Source: Novosphingobium sp. (GTDB taxonomy: Bacteria > Pseudomonadota > Alphaproteobacteria > Sphingomonadales > Sphingomonadaceae). Taken from it: 64,000 nt of DNA. The position numbers and the translations under genes were made by a program. The stretch lies in NCBI RefSeq assembly GCF_040079535.1, contig NZ_JBEBKB010000015.1, positions 192 through 64,191 of the forward strand, read 5' to 3'. The notes beneath the pieces were generated by a model that saw only the letters and a list, made by a program, of their open reading frames with translations, did no database searches and was not told where the DNA came from. Shown piece by piece: positions 30,236 to 38,029 of this stretch. The stretch's first letter is position 1. The number at the start of each line of letters is the position of its first letter.

Positions 30236-31185
30236 GCAGCAGCGGCGCGGCGCAGCCGATCATTGATCGCTGCGCCCAGCCCATGATCTGGGATCCGCGC
30301 CACGGCCACTTTTGGCTGCGGCGCGGATGCGGCTGCGTGGAGGCAAGCATAAAGCTGCGCCGCCGCCTGGCCAAGATCGCCGGACGGGCTGAGGTTGATC
30401 GCACCGTTCAGCGCGCCAAAACCGATCAGAAATTCATCCTGCGCACCTCCATCAGCATTGAGGCGCACCGGTTTGCCGGGCGAATAGTGGCTGGCAAGCT
30501 GGCCTGGCGCTTCGATCCGGGCTTCCCTTATGGCGTCAGGCGCACAGCCCAGAACTTGCCCGATCTGGGCTGCGGTGATCGGGCCGGGGCGCAGCAATTG
30601 CCAGCTGCCATCGCTGCGCAGCGCCGCAATGCTGCTTTCAAGGCCCGCAGCGCAGGCCCCGCCATCCAGTACCAACGCAATCTTTCCGGCCAACGATGCC
30701 GCGACATGCTGCGCGCTGGTTGGGCTGACCCCGCCTGATCGATTGGCCGATGGTGCGGCCAGCGGCAGTCCGGTTTCAGCCAGCACCGCGCGCATCACCG
30801 GGTGCGCAGGACAGCGCAATGCAATCGTATCAAGCCCGGCGGTTACTGCCGGGGCGATTCGTGCATCGCAGCGCAGCGGCAAGACCAGGGTTAGCGCGCC
30901 CGGCCAGAACGCCGCGGCCAGGCTTTGCGCGCGGGAATCAAACTGGGCGATCGCTTCGCCCTGAGCGGTATCTGCAACGTGGACGATCAGCGGGTTGAAC
31001 GATGGCCGCCCTTTGGCGGCATAGATTGCCGCTACGGCATCAGCAGCGTCGGCCCGGGCTGCCAGGCCATAGACCGTCTCGGTTGGCAAGGCCACCGGCT
31101 GCCCGGCGCGCAGCAAGGCCGCCGCTGCTGCGATCCCCGCGGGATCGGCTGCGCGCAGATCTGGGCCTGGATGCTTGCCGGACAT
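30232..31185 (-). CDS. tsaC: L-threonylcarbamoyladenylate synthase (Sua5/TsaC)
   Basis: VALPTETVYGLAA, AKGRPSFNPLIVHV, FWPGALT, AAPSANRSG, APGQLASHYSP; start ATG 31185 inside the longer shadow ORF. Confidence 0.95.
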   Translation of the reverse strand: MSGKHPGPDLRAADPAGIAAAAALLRAGQPVALPTETVYGLAARADAADAVAAIYAAKGRPSFNPLIVHVADTAQGEAIAQFDSRAQSLAAAFWPGALTLVLPLRCDARIAPAVTAGLDTIALRCPAHPVMRAVLAETGLPLAAPSANRSGGVSPTSAQHVAASLAGKIALVLDGGACAAGLESSIAALRSDGSWQLLRPGPITAAQIGQVLGCAPDAIREARIEAPGQLASHYSPGKPVRLNADGGAQDEFLIGFGALNGAINLSPSGDLGQAAAQLYACLHAAASAPQPKVAVARIPDHGLGAAINDRLRRAAAA

Positions 31186-31239
31186 GGCACTCCCGCTATA
31201 GCGGACCGCAAGCAAAGCCAAGGAAAAGGCGAGAACACG

Positions 31240-32949
31240 ATGGACTTCACCCCGCCCACTGCCGATCAATTGCTGGCGATCAGGGTCAACGCCGAAATTG
31301 AAGAGCTGGCCGCACACGATCGCTTCGGCGATGCCAGCATCGACATGGTTGAAGCGATAGTCTCGGGAATCGGCCAGTTTGCCGCTGGCGAATTTGCCCC
31401 GCTTAACCGCAAGGGTGATCTTGAAGGCGCCCGGCTGGCCAATGGCGCGGTCAGCCTGCCCGATGGGTTCGCTGCGGCCTATCAGGGCTATTTCGAACAG
31501 GGCTGGAATGCGATTTCTGGGCCAGTTGAATTTGGCGGGCAGGGCTTGCCTTTTACATTGGCCAGCAATGTGATCGAAAATCTTGGCAGCGCCAACATGG
31601 CCTTTACCTTGCTGCCGCTGTTGACCGTGGGCGCGATCGAAGCGCTGCATCATCATGGCAGTGCCAGCCAGAAGGCGCTGTACCTGCCCCGGCTGGTTAG
31701 CGGCGAATGGTCTGGAACGATGAACCTGACCGAACCCCAGGCCGGCAGCGATGTTGGTGCACTGCGCACCGCCGCCAGCCCACGCGGTGATGGCAGCTGG
31801 CTGATCAAGGGCAGCAAGATCTTCATCACCTGGGGTGAGCATGATCTGACCCGCAATGTCATCCATCTGGTCCTGGCCCGCACCCCCGGCGCACCGGCCG
31901 GATCGCGCGGGATCAGCCTGTTTGTGGTGCCCAAATACCTTGTTGGCGCCGATGGCAGCCTTGGTGAGCGCAACGATCTGCGCTGCGTCAGCCTGGAGCA
32001 CAAACTGGGAATCATGGCCAGCCCAACCTGCGTGATGAGCTTTGGCGATAACGACGCCTGTATCGGTGAACTGATCGGCCATGAGAACGAAGGCCTGAAG
32101 GCCATGTTCACGATGATGAATTCCGCCCGGATCAATGTGGGCAACCAGGGTGTGCAGATTGCCGAACGGGCGCTGCAACAGGCGCGCCGTTATGCCCGTG
32201 ACCGGATTCAATCGGCCCGCTCCGGTTCGGCCGACAAGGCCGCGGTGGCAATTGTTCAGCATCCCGATGTGCGGCGGATGCTGCTGCGGATGCGGGCGCT
32301 TACCGAGGGCGCGCGGGCGCTGCTCTATTACACCGCCGGGCAGGTTGATCGCGCCACATTGGGGTCTGCCGCAGCCCAGTCCCGCGCCGATTGTCTGGTC
32401 CCGATGCTTAAGGCCTGGGGCACCGATGTGGGCTGCGAAGTGGCCAGCCTGGGCGTGCAAATCCATGGCGGCATGGGCTTTATCGAGGAAACCGGCGCGG
32501 CCCAGCATTACCGCGATGCCCGGATTGCCCCGATCTATGAGGGCACCAACGGGATCCAGGCCGCCGATCTGGTAACCCGCAAGCTGGGCTATGAAGGCGG
32601 CGGCGTCCTGGCGTCGCTCTATGCCGAGATTGAGCAGGGCTGCACTGCTTTGCCCGAACTGGCCGGCTTGGCCGGCGATTGCCGGGCAGTGGCAGACTGG
32701 ATGGCCGGCAACGCCAGCATCGATGACAGGTTGGCCGGATCGGTGGCGTTCTGCACGATGAGCGCTGTAGCCGTGGCCGGATGGCAATTGCATCGCCAGG
32801 CCCAGGACGGCGGCGGCGGGGAAGCCAAACGGGTGGTGGCCGCCTATTTTGCCAGCGCGATTTGCGGTGAAGCCCGCGGACTGAAAGGTTCGGCCATGGC
32901 CGGGGCCGAATTGCTCTATGCGCTTGATGCCGAAACTCTGGCCGGATGA
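31240..32949 (+). CDS. Acyl-CoA dehydrogenase (DmdC/AidB-like long form)
   Basis: WSGTMNLTEPQAGSDVG, GSKIFITWGEHD, SLEHKLGIMASPTC, QIHGGMGFIEETG, IYEGTNGIQA. Confidence 0.93.
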   Translation: MDFTPPTADQLLAIRVNAEIEELAAHDRFGDASIDMVEAIVSGIGQFAAGEFAPLNRKGDLEGARLANGAVSLPDGFAAAYQGYFEQGWNAISGPVEFGGQGLPFTLASNVIENLGSANMAFTLLPLLTVGAIEALHHHGSASQKALYLPRLVSGEWSGTMNLTEPQAGSDVGALRTAASPRGDGSWLIKGSKIFITWGEHDLTRNVIHLVLARTPGAPAGSRGISLFVVPKYLVGADGSLGERNDLRCVSLEHKLGIMASPTCVMSFGDNDACIGELIGHENEGLKAMFTMMNSARINVGNQGVQIAERALQQARRYARDRIQSARSGSADKAAVAIVQHPDVRRMLLRMRALTEGARALLYYTAGQVDRATLGSAAAQSRADCLVPMLKAWGTDVGCEVASLGVQIHGGMGFIEETGAAQHYRDARIAPIYEGTNGIQAADLVTRKLGYEGGGVLASLYAEIEQGCTALPELAGLAGDCRAVADWMAGNASIDDRLAGSVAFCTMSAVAVAGWQLHRQAQDGGGGEAKRVVAAYFASAICGEARGLKGSAMAGAELLYALDAETLAG

Positions 32950-33761
32950 GCGACGAATTGGCCCGGATTGCCGCAGCGCTTGAGCGGTTGGCCCCGGCGG
33001 CCCGGCCGGCGAACAACTGGCTGGGCGCACCGGGCTATGTCTGGCAGCAATCGGCTCGTCCGGTAGGCGCCATTAGCGCCCCGGCATTGCACTTGCTCAA
33101 AGGGATCGACGCACAAAAGGAGCTGGTCCGGGCCAATGTTGCCCGGTTTGCCGCAGGGCACGCGGCGCATGACATGCTGCTGTGGGGGGCGCGCGGCATG
33201 GGCAAATCGGCGCTGCTGCGGGCGGCGGTTTGCGCCGCACAGGCTCAGGATCCCGCGCTGATCGCGCTGGTCCAGGTGGCACCGGAAACGCTGGTTGGGC
33301 TATCCGGATTGTTTAGCGAACTGGGCAGAGCCAAGCGCCGCTTTGTGGTGTTCATCGACGATCTGGGTTTTGAAGAGGGCGATAGCGCCGGCCCACGCGC
33401 GCTGCGCTCATGGCTTGAAGGCGGGATCGAGGCGCGGCCCGGCAATGTCCGGCTGGCGGTTACCTCGAACCGCCGCGCGATCGTGCCGCGTTACCTGTCT
33501 GAACAAGACGACGTGATCAACCCGCGTGACAGCGTGGATGACAAGCTGGCGCTGGCCGACCGGTTTGGTCTTTCGATCGGCTTTCATGCCTGCAACCAGG
33601 ACGACTATCTGGCCATTGTGGCGGGATATTGCGCCGAGCTGGGGCTGGCCTTCGATCAGGGCGAAGCGCTGGAATGGTCAAAGCGGCGCGGCGCGCGATC
33701 GGGCCGGGTGGCCTGGCAGTTCGTTACCGAACTGGCCGGGCGCAACGGCCGGGCGATTTGA
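32946..33761 (+). CDS. DUF815 family AAA+ ATPase
   Basis: LLWGARGMGKSAL, FVVFIDDLGFE, TSNRRAIV, ALADRFGL, GARSGRVAWQF. Confidence 0.9.
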   Translation: MSDELARIAAALERLAPAARPANNWLGAPGYVWQQSARPVGAISAPALHLLKGIDAQKELVRANVARFAAGHAAHDMLLWGARGMGKSALLRAAVCAAQAQDPALIALVQVAPETLVGLSGLFSELGRAKRRFVVFIDDLGFEEGDSAGPRALRSWLEGGIEARPGNVRLAVTSNRRAIVPRYLSEQDDVINPRDSVDDKLALADRFGLSIGFHACNQDDYLAIVAGYCAELGLAFDQGEALEWSKRRGARSGRVAWQFVTELAGRNGRAI

Positions 33762-33775
33762 TAGGCGCGCTTTGA

Positions 33776-35248
33776 TCAGCGCTGTTTGACCAGCGTTTCG
33801 TCCTTCATCTTGGCGGTGTACCGGGCATCAGGATCACCGGTCAGGCTGCGCTGTGCTGGCAGGCGGCCGGTAACCAGCGGCTTGACCTGAGCGGAAGGCG
33901 CAGCCGCCGGATCGATCACGCGCCAGATGATCCCGGCGGTATCATCGCTGACCAGCAGCGCCCCTTCCTTTGACCAGGCCAGCCAGGTCGGCCGGCCATG
34001 GGTGTCGCCATCGGTGGTCAGGAATCCGGTCAACACCGGGATCGGCTTGCCTTGTGGATTGCCGAACTGGTCGAATGTCACGAAAACAACGTCGTAACCA
34101 GAAGGCGGGGTCCGGTTCCACGATCCGTGACGGGCGATGAACGCGCCGCTGGCAAATTGTGGTCCCATCCGCTGGCCACCGGTGACGAAGACCAGCCCCA
34201 GCGAAGCCGTATGCGCGCCCAGCGCAAATTCGGGCTTGCGCACATAATCATCGAAATAATCGGGCGGGGCGGCCACCACCCGGTCATCGTCAAACACCTT
34301 CCACCACACAAACGGCCAGCCATAGTGCGATCCGAGCGGGACGCTGGTGAGGTAATCGGGGACCAGATCCGGGCCCAGCATATCGCGTTCGTTTACGGTC
34401 ACCCACAGTTCGCCCGTGCGCGGGTTCCAGGCCAGGCCATTGGGATTGCGCAGGCCATTGGCATATTGGCGCGGGTAGCCCTTGCTGCCAAATGTCTTTT
34501 CCCAGATCGCCGCGCGGCCTTTTTCAATCTCCATGCCGTTTTCGGCGATGTTGGATGATGATCCGACCGCGGCATAAAGCCGCTTGCCATCGGCGCTCAG
34601 CACGATGTTGCGCATCCAGTGATTGCCGCCGCCGGGCAGATCCATCACTTTGCTGGGCGCTGCGTTCAAGGCCGTTTCACCCAATTTATAGGGGAAGGCC
34701 TGAACCATATCGTGATTGGCAACATAAAGGACATCATCACGCCAGGCCAGGCCCGAGGGCGAAACCAGTCCATTACCCTGCCGCAGAGTGTGCTTCTGAT
34801 CCGCCGTGCCATTGCCGTCGGTATCGCGCAGCAGGACCAGCGCATCGGCGGATTTGCCGTGCGCTCCCGCGCTTTGCATCAGCCAATTGGCCACGCTGGC
34901 CATGATCCCACTGCCCATGGCGCCTTTGGGCGCATCGGCAAGCGCCGCAATCACATCACCATTGGGCAACGTATAGATCACGCGCGGGTGATCGAGCCCT
35001 TCGGCAAAGCGGGTAACCGTCAGCCCCTTGGCCGCAACCGGCGCTTCATTGGCCTGCCAGCCGATCGGCGAGGCAATCGCGATCGAAGGGATCTGCTCAG
35101 GCTTGGGCTTGGCCAGCACCGGATCGCGGCCCGAAAGCTCCTCAACCGTGTATTTGGCGGGCGTCCCGCGCCAGATCCAGAAAAACAGCCCACCGAATAC
35201 CAACAGGAACACGGAGAGGGCGACAAGCAGCTTGCGTTTGGTCGACAT
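33776..35248 (-). CDS. PQQ-dependent sugar / sorbosone dehydrogenase family protein
   Basis: FAEGLDHPR, GGGNHWMR, GLRNPNGLAW, LGAHTASLGL, RHGSWNR, GRPTW, LLVSDD. Confidence 0.88.
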   Translation of the reverse strand: MSTKRKLLVALSVFLLVFGGLFFWIWRGTPAKYTVEELSGRDPVLAKPKPEQIPSIAIASPIGWQANEAPVAAKGLTVTRFAEGLDHPRVIYTLPNGDVIAALADAPKGAMGSGIMASVANWLMQSAGAHGKSADALVLLRDTDGNGTADQKHTLRQGNGLVSPSGLAWRDDVLYVANHDMVQAFPYKLGETALNAAPSKVMDLPGGGNHWMRNIVLSADGKRLYAAVGSSSNIAENGMEIEKGRAAIWEKTFGSKGYPRQYANGLRNPNGLAWNPRTGELWVTVNERDMLGPDLVPDYLTSVPLGSHYGWPFVWWKVFDDDRVVAAPPDYFDDYVRKPEFALGAHTASLGLVFVTGGQRMGPQFASGAFIARHGSWNRTPPSGYDVVFVTFDQFGNPQGKPIPVLTGFLTTDGDTHGRPTWLAWSKEGALLVSDDTAGIIWRVIDPAAAPSAQVKPLVTGRLPAQRSLTGDPDARYTAKMKDETLVKQR

Positions 35249-35309
35249 GTACCAGAGATAGAGCCAAGCCGGGGCTGCGGCAATGGTGGAACGGGGTCTG
35301 ATCGAGATA

Positions 35310-35792
35310 ATGTATCATTTTGACCCCGCGACCGGCCTTTCCAAACCGGAACTTTACCGCGAACTTGCCCTTTCGGCGCAGGCGCTGGTGGCGGGAGAAC
35401 GCGATTCGATTGCCAACATGGCCAATCTTGCTGCGCTGATCTGGCAATTCATCCCCGATCTCAATTGGGCCGGATTTTACCGCGCGGTGGATGGCGAACT
35501 GGTGCTTGGTCCGTTCCAGGGTAAGGCTGCCTGTATCCGCATTCCCTTTGGCCAGGGCGTTTGCGGCGCAGCGGCAGCCAGCCTGGCGACCCAGCTGGTT
35601 GAGGATGTCCACGCCTTTCCCGGCCACATTGCCTGCGATGCCCTAAGCCGTTCGGAATTGGTTGTACCCGTGCTGCGCGGCGGGCAGCTGATCGCAGTAA
35701 TCGATCTCGATAGCCCGAGCCCCGCACGTTTCGATGCCGCCGATGCCGCCGGGGTTGAGGCCCTGGCCCAAGGTATCGCGGCTTCGATCTAG
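35310..35792 (+). CDS. msrC: GAF-domain free methionine-(R)-sulfoxide reductase
   Basis: NWAGFY, LGPFQGKAACIRI, GVCG, HIACD...SELVVP with the three characteristic Cys. Confidence 0.88.
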   Translation: MYHFDPATGLSKPELYRELALSAQALVAGERDSIANMANLAALIWQFIPDLNWAGFYRAVDGELVLGPFQGKAACIRIPFGQGVCGAAAASLATQLVEDVHAFPGHIACDALSRSELVVPVLRGGQLIAVIDLDSPSPARFDAADAAGVEALAQGIAASI

Positions 35793-35975
35793 GACACACA
35801 AATGGCTGACGTCGCGGCCGCATTGCTGCGCGGCGCCGGTAATTCCTGCGCCCCGGGCTGATCCGAATCGGGACAGCACCCAGATCAACCGGGCCGAACG
35901 CTTGGATTGCTGCGCCTTGGGATGGTAAGGTTCGCCTTAACGCCGGAATCGCCCGGCCAGATTCAGGGGAATGCC

Positions 35976-36692
35976 ATGAAGTCTCGACGTCTAAGCTTGC
36001 CGCTGGCCTGCGCCGCTGCACTGGTGCTGGCATCGCCAGCCATGGCCCAATCGGCGCCACCGCTGCCCCCGCCGGGCACTGTCGATGCCGCCGGACACGT
36101 CTATGGCAATGCTGATCCGCGCCCCGAATGGCGCGGCGGCGGCGCTGCTACGGCGCATCACCAGGCCCCTTCCGCGCATGATAGCGCCGCGTTTGAACGG
36201 GCCAGGGCTGATTGGTTGACCGAATGCCGCCGCCGTCAGGGCAGCGGCAAGACTGTTGGCGGGGCTGTGCTGGGCGGCGTGATCGGCGGCGTAGTTGGCA
36301 ACCGGGTGGCCGGGCGCGGCAATCGCACCGAAGGCACCGTGATCGGCGCAGCAGTTGGCGCAGTTGCCGGCGGCGTGGTTGGCGCGGCGGCTGATCGGCG
36401 CGAAGCCAGTGACTATTGCGAGGCCTACCTCGATCAATACATGAGCCAGCATCCAGCCGGATACGGCTATGCCCAGCCGGTCGCCTATGGCTATGCCCCG
36501 ATGATGATGATGGTCCCGGTGGCGATGGTGCCGGTTGCCGTTCAATCGCAGCAGCGCGAATGCAAGGAAACAATCGTGACCGAGGAATGGGTCACGGTCT
36601 CCACACCGCCGCGCCGCCGCTATATCCCGGCAGCACGTCCGCGTCCTGACAAGCGGGTGCGCGTTGTGGCTGACAAGCGGGTCCGGATCTGA
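35976..36692 (+). CDS. Secreted glycine-zipper (2TM) protein
   Basis: Signal peptide ending AMA; GGAVLGGVIGGVVG / IGAAVGAVAGGVVG zippers flanked by Cys. Confidence 0.8.
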   Translation: MKSRRLSLPLACAAALVLASPAMAQSAPPLPPPGTVDAAGHVYGNADPRPEWRGGGAATAHHQAPSAHDSAAFERARADWLTECRRRQGSGKTVGGAVLGGVIGGVVGNRVAGRGNRTEGTVIGAAVGAVAGGVVGAAADRREASDYCEAYLDQYMSQHPAGYGYAQPVAYGYAPMMMMVPVAMVPVAVQSQQRECKETIVTEEWVTVSTPPRRRYIPAARPRPDKRVRVVADKRVRI

Positions 36693-36715
36693 TCCTCCTG
36701 CGCATGAGAAATACG

Positions 36716-36746
36716 AAAAGGGGGGCCAGATCGGCCCCCCTTTTTT
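36716..36746. terminator. Bidirectional intrinsic terminator
   Basis: AAAAGGGGGGCC-AGATC-GGCCCCCCTTTTTT between convergent genes. Confidence 0.88.
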
Positions 36747-36788
36747 GTGTTCCGGCGCTGCCCTGCTTCGGTAGGCCTGAAGCGGGCC

Positions 36789-37949
36789 CTAAAGCTTGCG
36801 CCCGATCAGTTCTTTCATGATCTCATTGGTGCCGCCAAAGATCCGGGTGACCCGCGCCGCGCGCCAGGCCCGGGCAATCGGATATTCGTTCATATATCCA
36901 GCCCCGCCGAACAGCTGCAGGCACTTGTCCATCACCTCCCATTGCAGATCGGTGTGCCACAGCTTGGCCGCCGCACCTTCTTCGGGGGTCAGTTCCTTCT
37001 TCATGTGCCGGGCCAGGGCCCAATCAAGATGCGCCCAGCCGACCTGCAGCTTGGCTTTGAGATCGGCCAGTACGAAGCGGCTGTTCTGGAAATCGAGGAT
37101 CGGTTTGCCAAACGCCTTGCGATCACGGGTATAATCAACCGTCATATCGAAGGCGCGCTGTGAGCTGGCCTGGGCCGAGACTGCAATCGAGAGGCGTTCC
37201 TGCGGCAGCTCGCTCATCAAGTAGATGAAACCTTTACCTTCTTCGCCAAGGCAATTGGTGATCGGCACGCGCACATCTTCAAAAAACAGTTCAGACGTAT
37301 CGGCTTCATCCTGCCCGATCTTGTCTAGATTGCGGCCGCGCTTGAACCCGTCGCGGTTCGCCTCGACCAGAACGATCGAGACCCCCTTCCAGGCCGGCTC
37401 GATTTGGCTATCAGTCTTGCAGCAGACCAGGATCAGATCGGCATTCTGACCATTGGTGATATAGGTCTTGGATCCGTTGATCACATAATGGTTGCCATCT
37501 TTCCTGGCCGTGGTCCGCATCGCCTGAAGGTCTGATCCGGTCCCAGGCTCGGTCATGGCGATGGCGGTGATCACCTCACCGGAGACCAGCTTGGGCAACC
37601 ACTCCTTCTTCTGCTCTTCCGAGCCGTGGTTGACGATGTAGTTGGCGACAATATCGGACTGCAACGAGAAGCCGGTGGTCACTCCGCCGTAATAGGCGCT
37701 TTCCTCATCCACGATCGCATTGTAGCCGAAATCGAGGCCAAGCCCGCCGTATTCCTCGGGCACGGTCGGGCAGAGCAGCCCCAGCTCACCCGCCTTGGGC
37801 CAGATGGATTTGGGAACGATCCCGGCTTCGGCCCAATCGGCACCGTGCGGGGCAATCTGTTCGACCATAAAGCGCCGCACGGTTTGGCGGAAAGCTTCGT
37901 GATCTTCATCATAGGCAGTGCGGGCAAGCGAATCGAGCGACATTGGCAC
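36789..37949 (-). CDS. Acyl-CoA dehydrogenase (long-chain type)
   Basis: AIAMTEPGTGSDL, INGSKTYITNG, DTSELFFEDVRVP, QLFGGAGYM, RIFGGTNEIMK. Confidence 0.94.
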   Translation of the reverse strand: MPMSLDSLARTAYDEDHEAFRQTVRRFMVEQIAPHGADWAEAGIVPKSIWPKAGELGLLCPTVPEEYGGLGLDFGYNAIVDEESAYYGGVTTGFSLQSDIVANYIVNHGSEEQKKEWLPKLVSGEVITAIAMTEPGTGSDLQAMRTTARKDGNHYVINGSKTYITNGQNADLILVCCKTDSQIEPAWKGVSIVLVEANRDGFKRGRNLDKIGQDEADTSELFFEDVRVPITNCLGEEGKGFIYLMSELPQERLSIAVSAQASSQRAFDMTVDYTRDRKAFGKPILDFQNSRFVLADLKAKLQVGWAHLDWALARHMKKELTPEEGAAAKLWHTDLQWEVMDKCLQLFGGAGYMNEYPIARAWRAARVTRIFGGTNEIMKELIGRKL

Positions 37950-38029
37950 AGCTCCGTAAGTTTCGAGGCGTCTCTACGCCTGGCTTGCCGCGCTCCCAGC
38001 CGGCGGTCAACCGTAATTTAATCGAGCGA

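Noticed and set aside
30232-33030. 932-aa minus-strand ORF
   Set aside because: Only 30232-31185 (TsaC) is real; the rest is the antisense shadow of the acyl-CoA dehydrogenase, common in GC-rich DNA.
35925-35941. GTAA-N8-TTAAC as a CtrA box
   Set aside because: Wrong spacing plus a mismatch; only a half-site.
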